Part shown: piece after piece, positions 8,603 through 17,350 of the stretch
How positions within the stretch are numbered: position 1 is the first letter of the stretch
Layout of the letters: each line of letters starts with the position of its first letter
Source of the DNA: a virus
Taxonomy: Duplodnaviria; Caudoviricetes
DNA: 27,481 nt
Direction: 5' to 3' (one strand)
Virus record (IMG/VR): IMGVR_UViG_3300025723_000136
Coordinates: 1-27,481 of that record
Program-made: the position numbers and the translations under genes
Notes under the pieces: model-generated
What the model was told of the DNA's origin: nothing
The model's input: the letters and a program-made list of their open reading frames with translations, nothing else
Databases searched by the model: none

Positions 8603-9142
8603 ATGTCAAGCCAAGAATATATCAACATCGGTGCTATGCCAAATGACGGCCAAGGCGATCCCCTTCGCGTGGCATTCAGCAAGATCAATAATAACTTCTC
8701 AAATCTATTTGGAACTTATGTAAATCTCAGCAATACATATACGAATGGCAATACACCGGGTCAGGTAATATTCTTCTACCCAGCAGACAACTTCACTCAA
8801 GCCCAGTTCTGGATTCAATCTTCTAATCCAAATACTCAGGATAGCCAGACTATAGAGTTGTATGCACAGATCAGCAATGATAAGACCAGCGTAAAGTTCA
8901 CCGGATACGGTTCTACATTCTTTGGTAACGCTCTATCATCTTTCGATATGACGGTAAACAATGGTTATGTTCAGATACTTGCCAATCCATTAGTCAATAA
9001 CGCAACTGCAGTGTTACACTTCATCGGTTCACAGGTAATGTGGTTGGGTCCGGTTGTTTCGGGCAAATACATCGCACTTGATGGTTATGATGATTCCGTA
9101 TTAGCAACTGAAAACCTCAATCCAATCATTACAGAAAACTAA
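8603..9142 (+). CDS. virion protein with T4 gp9/gp10-like baseplate N-terminal motif (179 aa)
   Basis: INIGAMPNDGQGDPLRVAFSKINNNFSNLF matches the IN.G..PNDG.GD.LR.A..KIN.NF motif. Confidence 0.75.
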   Translation: MSSQEYINIGAMPNDGQGDPLRVAFSKINNNFSNLFGTYVNLSNTYTNGNTPGQVIFFYPADNFTQAQFWIQSSNPNTQDSQTIELYAQISNDKTSVKFTGYGSTFFGNALSSFDMTVNNGYVQILANPLVNNATAVLHFIGSQVMWLGPVVSGKYIALDGYDDSVLATENLNPIITEN

Positions 9143-9143
9143 T

Positions 9144-9521
9144 ATGAGAGCACACGAGTTTATAACAGAAGCATTTTCCAGAACCAATAAACATTCTGAT
9201 GATTCCTTCACCAGTGCTCATCCGGGTTCGGTTGGTCCTTCTGGTAGAGAAGAACTCTATGTCAGCAGATACTATGACTTCTATCGTATAAGCAATCTTA
9301 CTGGATTAAGCCCTGAGGATTTAGCAAAAACTGATGTGCTGAGTTACTTGGGCAATCTTCCCATGTATTCTGCCTATACTGATGCAGAATATGATAAACT
9401 AAAAGGTGTTCTCAAGAAACTGGGACTCAAGCCTAAAGATTATGTTCCCAGAGGAAGCAATGAACAAGAGGATACTCAAAAAGCGAGTCCCATGAAAGCA
9501 TTCAAGGGATATAAGAAGTAA
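9144..9521 (+). CDS. putative internal head protein, paralogue 1 (125 aa)
   Basis: N-terminus MRAHEFITEA resembles the T4 capsid-targeting sequence MKTYQEFIAE; paralogous to 10424..10807. Confidence 0.6.
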   Translation: MRAHEFITEAFSRTNKHSDDSFTSAHPGSVGPSGREELYVSRYYDFYRISNLTGLSPEDLAKTDVLSYLGNLPMYSAYTDAEYDKLKGVLKKLGLKPKDYVPRGSNEQEDTQKASPMKAFKGYKK

Positions 9522-9523
9522 TC

Positions 9524-10399
9524 ATGTGTGTTCTGATCGCAAAATATTTCGATAAGCAGGGCTGGGTAGGAGTAAAAAACCGAGACAGGAACTATATACC
9601 TGAGATAGGCTTCAGTGTTCTCAATAAAAATGGATTGGAGAGATTGCTCTTCGAAGATAATATCACTGGGTATAAAGAAGGATTCAATAGTCATGGTGTG
9701 ACTATTCTGAGTGCCAGCCTCATGGTTCAGGATGATGAGAAAGAACTAACAAAGGGAAATACAGATAGAAATAGTCCAGATGGTATCAAAATGTCTGATG
9801 CTCTGTGGCAACCCACTGCTGTTCTGGCGGCTAAAAGATCGATACAACATAAATTGACTGGAAATACTATTATCTATGATAGAGATAACCTCTTCCTATT
9901 GGAAGCCTGCAATAAAGATGATGAGTATCATTATGTCTGTAAAAAGATAGATAAGAGTGAAGTTGTCGCTAGGACTAATCACGGCGTATGGTTGCCTTGG
10001 GCAGGATATCAGCGTGTTCCTGATGATGATGCACAGACCCTCAGCAGGATCAGCAGCGAAGCCAGAAGAATACAAGCACAGAATATCGTAGAGAATGCCA
10101 AAGATCCAATGGATATGGTGAATGACATGTGTCAGATACATCTCGACAATCCCCAGCTCAATGTAATGCGTACCAGCACCGCACGTAAGAAGATGAGAAC
10201 GACGGCACAAGAGATGATCATTCCTAGCGAGAGAACATTGTATTTCCGTCCGATCTCAAGTCATATAGAATTTGATTTCTGGAATCTCAATAAACCGGAA
10301 AGAAACTGCTGGGTAGAAATACTGAGCAACAGAGCATTATGGCAAGACACGAAGGGTGATCCTCCCTTCGCTGCTGCTCGCATGTCACACGATACATGA
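9524..10399 (+). CDS. N-terminal-nucleophile (Ntn) cysteine hydrolase, NRDE/C45/choloylglycine hydrolase-like (291 aa)
   Basis: Met-Cys start (MCVLIA), KNRDR, EGFNSHGV and RTNH motifs. Confidence 0.7.
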   Translation: MCVLIAKYFDKQGWVGVKNRDRNYIPEIGFSVLNKNGLERLLFEDNITGYKEGFNSHGVTILSASLMVQDDEKELTKGNTDRNSPDGIKMSDALWQPTAVLAAKRSIQHKLTGNTIIYDRDNLFLLEACNKDDEYHYVCKKIDKSEVVARTNHGVWLPWAGYQRVPDDDAQTLSRISSEARRIQAQNIVENAKDPMDMVNDMCQIHLDNPQLNVMRTSTARKKMRTTAQEMIIPSERTLYFRPISSHIEFDFWNLNKPERNCWVEILSNRALWQDTKGDPPFAAARMSHDT

Positions 10400-10405
10400 T
10401 AAATA
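10398..10405 (+). promoter_or_regulatory. T4-late-like promoter
   Basis: GATAAATA overlapping the upstream stop, then TAAGGA SD and ATG 10424. Confidence 0.65.
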
Positions 10406-10423
10406 CTCTATAAGGAAACTGAT

Positions 10424-10807
10424 ATGAGAGCATGGGAATTTTTAACTGAAGCAGATAGTCCAGCCGACGGTAAAAAGTTCGCGCCAGGACAGATGAATGC
10501 TATCAAGGGCGCAGTCAGCATGCCTGATATCAGTATGAACAAATCAACCGGTAGTCCATATCTTCAATGGAGATTTGGTATCGCGATGGCAGGAGCTCCT
10601 GACTATCCTACTCCACCTGTCGGGCCAATGGCAGGTGATCCCCTGCTCTCATGCTATACCGATGAAGAACTGGAAATCATAAACAAAGCAGCTAAATCTG
10701 TTGGTGCTGGTCGTATCCGCAAGCTCAGTGATAATCGCAGCACTGAACTCTCCAATACAAACACAACAAGTCCAGTCAATTCCTTTAAAGGCTACAAGAA
10801 AAAATAA
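10424..10807 (+). CDS. putative internal head protein, paralogue 2 (127 aa)
   Basis: MRAWEFLTEA N-terminus; shares S.YTD.E and SP...FKGYKK with 9144..9521. Confidence 0.6.
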   Translation: MRAWEFLTEADSPADGKKFAPGQMNAIKGAVSMPDISMNKSTGSPYLQWRFGIAMAGAPDYPTPPVGPMAGDPLLSCYTDEELEIINKAAKSVGAGRIRKLSDNRSTELSNTNTTSPVNSFKGYKKK

Positions 10808-10858
10808 TTTGCATCTATATACGGGGTATAAGTAATATTATCATTACAGGATCCCCAA

Positions 10859-11569
10859 ATGCAACATCTCGTAGATATCAACAAAACACTAGACCTAGTC
10901 AAGCTTCGTATGTATAACGAATGGCTATATACTGCACATGTTCATGCTGAAGGCGATAGCTCCATGCATGAGACACTAACTAAGCAAATCGTCACTCAGT
11001 TCGTCGATCCCCTAGAAATTCCTAAGGATGCTGCAATCCTAGACTTAGGATGCGGTCCCGGATATTTCCTCGACAACATGAAGGAACGTGGTTACACTAA
11101 CATGACTGGCGTCACGCTCAGCCCTGAAGATCAGGCGCTATGCGAATCCAAAGGTCATACGGTGAAGGGTTATGACTTGTCATTCTTGCCTCAAGTAGAT
11201 GGCTACTATGACGAATCCGTAGATTTCATCTTCTTGCGTCATGCTCTAGAACATTCTCCTTATCCTATGTTCTCGCTAATGGAATACAATCGTGTTCTAA
11301 AGCAGGGTGGGAAGATTTATATCGAAGTGCCTGCTCCAGATTGCGAGCGCAAGCATGAATATAACTTGAACCACTACAGCATCATGGGTGCTACTCAACT
11401 AGCAGCACTTATCGTCCGTGCAGGATTCGAGATCAATCTTTTTAACAACTTCGAGTTCAACCTAACTATGAATGTTCAGAATGAAGCAGGTGAACCAGTC
11501 GAAGCCTCGATTCCAGAAAAGTATTATTGCATCGTAGCAACTAAGGCTAGACCACTAGACATCAAGTAA
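10859..11569 (+). CDS. class I SAM-dependent methyltransferase (236 aa)
   Basis: Motif I ILDLGCGPG, DESVDFIFLRHALEH, RVLKQGG...IEVP; late-like TATAAGTA at 10827-10834. Confidence 0.88.
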   Translation: MQHLVDINKTLDLVKLRMYNEWLYTAHVHAEGDSSMHETLTKQIVTQFVDPLEIPKDAAILDLGCGPGYFLDNMKERGYTNMTGVTLSPEDQALCESKGHTVKGYDLSFLPQVDGYYDESVDFIFLRHALEHSPYPMFSLMEYNRVLKQGGKIYIEVPAPDCERKHEYNLNHYSIMGATQLAALIVRAGFEINLFNNFEFNLTMNVQNEAGEPVEASIPEKYYCIVATKARPLDIK

Positions 11570-11593
11570 GATAAAAATAGTATTATGAATACG

Positions 11594-11622
11594 AGACCGG
11601 GAGCCCAAACTCCCGGTCTTTT
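11594..11622 (+). terminator. intrinsic terminator
   Basis: AGACCGGGAG / CTCCCGGTCT 10-bp stem, 6-nt loop, followed by TTT. Confidence 0.75.
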
Positions 11623-11631
11623 ACTATGCGT

Positions 11632-11639
11632 GATAAATA
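11632..11639 (+). promoter_or_regulatory. T4-late-like promoter
   Basis: GATAAATA after the terminator, before AAGGA and ATG 11660. Confidence 0.65.
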
Positions 11640-11659
11640 TAGAAAAGGACTAGATCGAC

Positions 11660-12217
11660 ATGGCTTCATATGTATATACCGCAGGCTCATCAGCAAATGC
11701 ATCAGCAAACATTCAGACTGATAAAGTTAGAATTGCGACTTCGAGTTCGCCAGTTCAGTTCACCGTGAGTTATCCCAATGTTTCTGGGAATGGCACCGTC
11801 ACTTGTGCGACAAACTCACCTAATGTGGCTGGCAGCGGAACTGCATTTACTTCGCAACTTGGTGTAGGTTATTGGATCGGAAATGCTACTGGTACGACGG
11901 TAGGCGTAGTGCAATCTATCACAAACAGCGGAAACCTAGTACTGACTGCGAATGCTGCTGTAGCTATCAGCGGTGCTGGTTATAAGATCAATCCATACGG
12001 TGTTCCCTACTCAGTTGCAACTGCAAATAGCGAGATCATTCCTGCAAATACAACTAGAAATAGCGTCATTGTTGGTCAAGGTAATGTCGTCTCATTCTTA
12101 AATATTTCTGGTGTTACGGCAGCTCCATTCTCAATCACTGAGTTAGGTGCACCTCATATAGATACAGGCACTACAGGAGTACTTCCTCCTCCTTCCAAGG
12201 GCGGCCCGTCAGCATAA
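11660..12217 (+). CDS. putative structural protein, beta-rich (185 aa)
   Basis: S/T/G/N/A-rich with a tail-fibre-type GTVT...V.GSGTAFTSQL.VG segment; late promoter. Confidence 0.6.
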   Translation: MASYVYTAGSSANASANIQTDKVRIATSSSPVQFTVSYPNVSGNGTVTCATNSPNVAGSGTAFTSQLGVGYWIGNATGTTVGVVQSITNSGNLVLTANAAVAISGAGYKINPYGVPYSVATANSEIIPANTTRNSVIVGQGNVVSFLNISGVTAAPFSITELGAPHIDTGTTGVLPPPSKGGPSA

Positions 12218-12225
12218 GAATAGCC

Positions 12226-12233
12226 AATAAATA
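12226..12233 (+). promoter_or_regulatory. T4-late-like promoter (predicted leaderless transcript)
   Basis: AATAAATA separated from ATG 12239 by 5 nt; no SD. Confidence 0.6.
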
Positions 12234-12238
12234 GTATC

Positions 12239-13786
12239 ATGGCCAATACACCCACACTAATCAAAGCACCATATCAAAAGACGGTGTTCAAAAATCAGCA
12301 GCAGCTTGATGAGTTTCTCATGTGTTGTGATCCAGACACAGGCTACCTGTATTTCATGGATAACTTCTTTATGATACAGCATCCCACTAAGGGCAGTATG
12401 CATTATCATCCATGGGATTATCAAAAACGCCTGATAGAAACCTATCATAACTATCGTTTCTCAATCGCCTTGATGCCTCGTCAGTCGGGTAAATCGACCA
12501 GTGCTGCTGGATATCTGTTATGGTATGCTATGTTCGTGCCGGATTCTACTATCCTCATCGCAGCACACAAATATACGGGTTCTCAGGAAATCATGCAGCG
12601 TATTCGTTATGCGTATGAAAACTGCCCTGATCACATCAAAGCAGGTGTTACCACTTATAACAAAGGTTCGATTGACTTCGAGAATGGTTCGCGTATCGTA
12701 TCTGCTACGACAACTGAAAACACAGGCCGTGGTATGAGTATCACGCTACTGTATCTTGACGAGTTCGCGTTCGTGCGCCCCTCAATCGCCACAGAGTTCT
12801 GGACTTCTATTACTCCTACCCTATCGACTGGTGGTAAGGCCATCATCACTTCAACTCCTAACTCGGATGAAGACCAGTTCGCACTTATCTGGAAAATGGC
12901 CAACAAGACAGAAGATGAGTTCGGAAATACCACAGAGGTAGGCATCAACGGATTCCGAGCCTATCGTTCACACTGGACTGAACAGCCCGGTCGTGATGAG
13001 AAATGGGCCACAGAGATAAGATCCCAGTTGGGTGATGATCGTTTCAACCGAGAAATTGAGTGTAAATTCATCATAGCAGATGAGACGCTGATCAATCCAA
13101 ACACACTGGTAGCATTAGAAGGTATAGAACCCATTGATCGCATGGGGCAGGTACGCTGGTTCAAGCGGCCCAGCAAAGGTCATCTCTATGTAGTTGCATT
13201 GGATCCCTCATTGGGTACGGGCGGTGACTACGCTGCGATACAGATACTGGAAGCCAGCACAACTACACAGATCGGAGAATGGAAGCACAACAAGACCGAC
13301 ATTCCTAGCCAGATCAAACTGCTCGCTGCCATCAACAAGCATATAGTAGAATGCACCGGCGAACCCAACAATCTATACTATTCACTTGAAAACAACTCCA
13401 TCGGTGAAGCATCTCTCATATCATTGGCTGAATACGGCGAGGCCAATATTCAAGGTATCTTCTTATCTGAGCCCGGCAAGAAGAGAAAAGGATTTAATAC
13501 CAGCAATAAACCTAAACTCGCGGCTTGTGCTAAGTTTAAGACGCTGCTGGAATCACGAAAGATGACGGTGTATAGCAGATCACTCATCTCTGAACTAAAA
13601 TCATTCATCGCATCAGGTGGAAGTTATGCAGCCAAAGTAGGTGATCACGATGACCTCATCATGGCTATGCTGTTATGTATTCGTATCATGATGCAGATCG
13701 CAGATTATCACGGTGATCTGGAATCGCATATGCGAGACCATGAAGATATAATCGCTCCCTTGCCCTTCTTTGCCGTATTCTCGTAA
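12239..13786 (+). CDS. terL: terminase large subunit (T4 gp17-like)
   Basis: Adenine-binding YQ, Walker A PRQSGKST, Walker B LLYLDEFAF, motif III TSTPN, nuclease ALDPS and HDDLIMA. Confidence 0.96.
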   Translation: MANTPTLIKAPYQKTVFKNQQQLDEFLMCCDPDTGYLYFMDNFFMIQHPTKGSMHYHPWDYQKRLIETYHNYRFSIALMPRQSGKSTSAAGYLLWYAMFVPDSTILIAAHKYTGSQEIMQRIRYAYENCPDHIKAGVTTYNKGSIDFENGSRIVSATTTENTGRGMSITLLYLDEFAFVRPSIATEFWTSITPTLSTGGKAIITSTPNSDEDQFALIWKMANKTEDEFGNTTEVGINGFRAYRSHWTEQPGRDEKWATEIRSQLGDDRFNREIECKFIIADETLINPNTLVALEGIEPIDRMGQVRWFKRPSKGHLYVVALDPSLGTGGDYAAIQILEASTTTQIGEWKHNKTDIPSQIKLLAAINKHIVECTGEPNNLYYSLENNSIGEASLISLAEYGEANIQGIFLSEPGKKRKGFNTSNKPKLAACAKFKTLLESRKMTVYSRSLISELKSFIASGGSYAAKVGDHDDLIMAMLLCIRIMMQIADYHGDLESHMRDHEDIIAPLPFFAVFS

Positions 13787-13793
13787 TCGAAAG

Positions 13794-13801
13794 CATAAAT
13801 A
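13794..13801 (+). promoter_or_regulatory. T4-late-like promoter (predicted leaderless transcript)
   Basis: CATAAATA separated from ATG 13807 by 5 nt; no SD. Confidence 0.6.
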
Positions 13802-13806
13802 TTCAC

Positions 13807-15495
13807 ATGGCATCAGATACGGATTCATTCAAAAAAGAGTTATATAGTCTTCTAAAGGTTAGAGGATACCATCCTATTCCGCTGGATTCCAGCAATCAGA
13901 GAGTAAATGCTCCCCAAGAAGCCGATGTTATTCAGTTCATGTTCACTAAGGATGGAAAAGAATACGGTAAGGTCTGGATCGCTATCTCTAATGCACAAGA
14001 GATGACCATCTACTATGATAATGAGCAACAAGACAGTCCAAGTTCGGTTACTCCGGGCGTAGATTATGATGATACTTGGACTGGATTGCTAAAGTATCTA
14101 AAGCAGTGGACACAGAGAAGACAACTCGGATTCGAACTGGCTAACAGAGATCGTCTAGGGGATGACATGAAACAGCGTGAATATTACAAGAAGAAAGAGA
14201 AGCTAGGCGAAGGCTTAACCGATACTATCAAGGGTGCGATTCGTAGAGAAAAGGCTAAATCTTATCCTGTATTACAAACACGCGGGGATTATGCACACGA
14301 AAAAGCTGCTGATGAGTATGAAAAGGGCAATACTCGCAAAGGTCAACGATATGCCAATTTCGCACAAAAAGAAGTTAATAAAAGAATGGTAGGTGTCCCG
14401 TTGAACACGAATGTGTATCCAGTACAAGAGGGTTATCACCCAATGGGCAAGAAAGGCAGCTACAATGACAGCGTACCTAAAGTCAAGATCATACTGCAGC
14501 ACACTCGCCAGATAGAAGAAGGTGAGCAAAGATATCGCAACATCGCTCGTATCTTTGTAGAGAACACTGATGGTGAACGCTTCCTCATTCCTACTACCCG
14601 TCCAGGCCTCGCCAAAGTTTATGCACGCCATATCGCAGAAGGCGGCACTCCATATGATGATCGCGGTAGACATATCACTTCATTAGTAGAAGAATACAAC
14701 AAGATGGCTGGCTTCGTCCGTGCTACTCGTAACAATCAATATAATGAATCCACACAGAGAGTGGTCGCTGAAGGGATCAATCACTATAATAACTTGCGTG
14801 AGACACTGAGCCGCATGGTCGGTCAACGCGGTTACAATAACTATTTCGAATCATGGACTCCTGCTCTTATGGAAGCAGATGCAGATGAGAGCAACATCAA
14901 TGAACTCTTCGTTCAAGAGACGGTAGATCCTCGCATCGAATCAGCTATGCCTATCCTATCTCGCTTACACAAGAAAGTAAATGAGATGAATGAAGTTCAA
15001 GATTTAGCCGAATGGGCGGATTCGATCATCGAAGCAGTTGATGAAGCAGAAGAAACAAAAAAAGCAGAGTGGTATACGGCTGAATATCATGGTAAATATT
15101 ATAAAGTATTAGCTCACAATCATGATGAAGCAACTCGTAAATCCCAAACACACTGGGGATTACCTAATGACAATCATATTAAAGTGCAGAAGGGAATACC
15201 CCGCATACATCATAAATCAGATCATATTCCATATGATTTTGATTCCGACATGCTACCTGATAATCCAATAGAAAAAGCAAAAACCTTAGCAAAAACTAAA
15301 AAGAAAAAACTTAAAAGCCTCTTCAAGATAGCAGAAGAAGATCAGGTTGAAGAAGATTTAGACGCGAATCAAAAGCGAGCAGGTCAACTAGGTCCAACTG
15401 AGAAGGTAGGACCACAGGGTGCTGTAGGCAAGCTCGTAGGTAACGAGAGTATTGACCCAGAAATGGCAAGAATTAGAAGACTTTCGGGCATCTAA
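13807..15495 (+). CDS. hypothetical late protein, putative protease-processed internal head protein (562 aa)
   Basis: Many hydrophobic-x-Glu sites (LGE-G, VQE-G, VAE-G, YNE-S, YFE-S, LME-A, IIE-A, VDE-A, IAE-E, VEE-D); C-terminal MARIRRLSGI. The CDS is secure, the function is inferred. Confidence 0.65.
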   Translation: MASDTDSFKKELYSLLKVRGYHPIPLDSSNQRVNAPQEADVIQFMFTKDGKEYGKVWIAISNAQEMTIYYDNEQQDSPSSVTPGVDYDDTWTGLLKYLKQWTQRRQLGFELANRDRLGDDMKQREYYKKKEKLGEGLTDTIKGAIRREKAKSYPVLQTRGDYAHEKAADEYEKGNTRKGQRYANFAQKEVNKRMVGVPLNTNVYPVQEGYHPMGKKGSYNDSVPKVKIILQHTRQIEEGEQRYRNIARIFVENTDGERFLIPTTRPGLAKVYARHIAEGGTPYDDRGRHITSLVEEYNKMAGFVRATRNNQYNESTQRVVAEGINHYNNLRETLSRMVGQRGYNNYFESWTPALMEADADESNINELFVQETVDPRIESAMPILSRLHKKVNEMNEVQDLAEWADSIIEAVDEAEETKKAEWYTAEYHGKYYKVLAHNHDEATRKSQTHWGLPNDNHIKVQKGIPRIHHKSDHIPYDFDSDMLPDNPIEKAKTLAKTKKKKLKSLFKIAEEDQVEEDLDANQKRAGQLGPTEKVGPQGAVGKLVGNESIDPEMARIRRLSGI

Positions 15496-15532
15496 TACGC
15501 AAAATAGAATAATATTACCTACCCATAATAGG

Positions 15533-15571
15533 TATAAATATATTGACATGCTGTGATGTATCTAGTATATT
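15533..15571 (+). promoter_or_regulatory. tandem late and sigma70-like promoters for the SSB gene
   Basis: TATAAATA (15533-15540), then TTGACA (15543-15548)-N17-TATATT (15566-15571). Confidence 0.8.
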
Positions 15572-15577
15572 CATAGT

Positions 15578-15657
15578 ATGTTCAGTTGTCTCCTGACAGC
15601 AAAACATAAAACACTCATAAAGCTCAACTTAGGCACATTTAACAAGGAGAAATACAA
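15578..15657 (+). promoter_or_regulatory. structured 5' leader of the gp32-like gene (putative translational autoregulation element)
   Basis: Hairpin ATGTT-CA-GTTGTC-TCCT-GACAGC-AA-AACAT, then an A/C-rich tract and SD AAGGAGA. Confidence 0.5.
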
Positions 15658-16647
15658 ATGGCTAGTCTAGCAGAAATCCGGGCCCGCATCGCGGCTACCG
15701 AAAACAAGAACCAAACTCGCGGTTCTAATAATCAATCTGACAATGCAATCTATGCTCACTGGAATATGGACGAAGGTGCTACGGCAACTATTCGTTTCCT
15801 CCCAGATGCTGATTCCAACAACACATTCTTCTGGATCGAACGTCAGATCATCCGTCTTCCATTCAACGGCGTCAAGGGTGACGCTAATGTCAAGCAGATT
15901 CAGGTACAGGTCCCGTGCGTAGAAATGTATGGCGATAACTGCCCTGTTCTCGCAGAAGTGCGTCCTTGGTATAAGGATGACTCCCTGAAGGATCTCGCTA
16001 ACAAGTATTGGAAGAAGCGTTCTTATATCTTCCAGGGCTTCGTTCGTCAGAATCCAATCGGCGATGATCAGACTCCTGCGAATCCTATTCGTCGCTTCGT
16101 CATCTCCCCTCAAATCTTCACTATCATCAAGTCTTCTCTCATGGATCCTGAGATGGAAGAGCTGCCGACTGATTATCGTCGTGGTCTTGACTTCAACGTG
16201 AAGAAGACTACCAAGGGTGGCTATGCTGATTATTCTACTTCTAACTGGGCTCGTAAGGAATCGGCTCTCACTGAAGTCGAACAAGCTGCTATCGATGCAC
16301 ACGGTCTCTTCAATCTCGCAGACTTCTTGCCCAAGAAGCCTTCTGAGGCTGAAATCCGCATCATCAAGGAAATGTTCGAGGCCTCTGTCGATGGTCGTCC
16401 TTATGACAACGACAAGTGGGGTGCTTACTATCGTCCGTTTGGACTTGAAGCTCCCGCTGGTGCAACTGCGAATAAACAATCTGCTGGCGTTGAAAGCCAA
16501 CAGCCCGCAGTTGCACCTCCTATCGTTGAAGATGAGGACTCTGCCCCGTTCGAAGCGTCGTCTTCGATTGCTGTTCCTAAGGCAGCTTCTAGTGATAAGG
16601 CGCAAGATATCTTGCAGATGATTCGCGCCCGCCAGCAAAAAGCATAG
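15658..16647 (+). CDS. gp32: single-stranded DNA-binding protein (T4 gp32-like)
   Basis: Basic N-terminal MASLAEIRAR, ATIRFLPD, C-x6-CPV, YWKKRSY, GLDF.VKKT.KGGYADYSTS.W, acidic tail. Confidence 0.9.
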   Translation: MASLAEIRARIAATENKNQTRGSNNQSDNAIYAHWNMDEGATATIRFLPDADSNNTFFWIERQIIRLPFNGVKGDANVKQIQVQVPCVEMYGDNCPVLAEVRPWYKDDSLKDLANKYWKKRSYIFQGFVRQNPIGDDQTPANPIRRFVISPQIFTIIKSSLMDPEMEELPTDYRRGLDFNVKKTTKGGYADYSTSNWARKESALTEVEQAAIDAHGLFNLADFLPKKPSEAEIRIIKEMFEASVDGRPYDNDKWGAYYRPFGLEAPAGATANKQSAGVESQQPAVAPPIVEDEDSAPFEASSSIAVPKAASSDKAQDILQMIRARQQKA

Positions 16648-16663
16648 CAATAAAGTTATCGGG

Positions 16664-17350
16664 ATGACTACCGTAGCCTACTTATATAAATGGATACATA
16701 TACCTACTAATATGTGGTATATTGGTTCAAGAACAGCTACGGGATGTCATCCTGATGATGGATATATTTGTTCCAGTAAGATCGTAAAGCCAATGATTAT
16801 AGAGAATCAATCAGAATGGAAACGATTGATTCTACGAACCGGTTCTCCGGACTCCATTCTAAAACTAGAAAACAGATTCCTTAGATATGTAGATGCTAAA
16901 AATGATCCAAAAAGCTATAACAAGCACAACGGTGATGGTATATATGTATCTATAGGTGATAATAATCCCATGAAGAATCCTGATATTGCTAAAAAACTAG
17001 CAAATGCAATACGAGGAGAAAATCATTGGACAGCAAAGTTAAATGGTAAACAACATCCGCAAAAAGGACAACGTAGACCATCAATAACAGGTGACAGTCA
17101 TCCTAATAAAAATCCAATAAATGCTGCTAAAATAAGCGCATCTCATAGAGGTAAAAAGCATGATTATGCATTAGGGGACAGTAATGTTATGCGAAATCCA
17201 GAAGTAGCAGCAAAGTTGTCAGGTGATAATCATTGGACCGCAAAAACGAACAAACTAACTTGTGAATATTGCGGAATCGAATGCACTAAAAATAATCATA
17301 CTAGATGGCACGGGAACAAATGCAAACACAACCATAGAGAAAAAACATGA
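16664..17350 (+). CDS. putative GIY-YIG (Seg-like) free-standing homing endonuclease (228 aa)
   Basis: YLYKW...WYIGSR...DGYICSS; NUMOD3-like repeats (GDNNPMKNP, GDSHPNKNP, GDSNVMRNP, G.NHWTAK twice); C-terminal CxxC...H..C; AT-rich relative to gp32. Confidence 0.75.
   Translation: MTTVAYLYKWIHIPTNMWYIGSRTATGCHPDDGYICSSKIVKPMIIENQSEWKRLILRTGSPDSILKLENRFLRYVDAKNDPKSYNKHNGDGIYVSIGDNNPMKNPDIAKKLANAIRGENHWTAKLNGKQHPQKGQRRPSITGDSHPNKNPINAAKISASHRGKKHDYALGDSNVMRNPEVAAKLSGDNHWTAKTNKLTCEYCGIECTKNNHTRWHGNKCKHNHREKT

Noticed and set aside
15667-16650. 327-aa antisense ORF over gp32
   Set aside because: Shadow ORF caused by codon bias.
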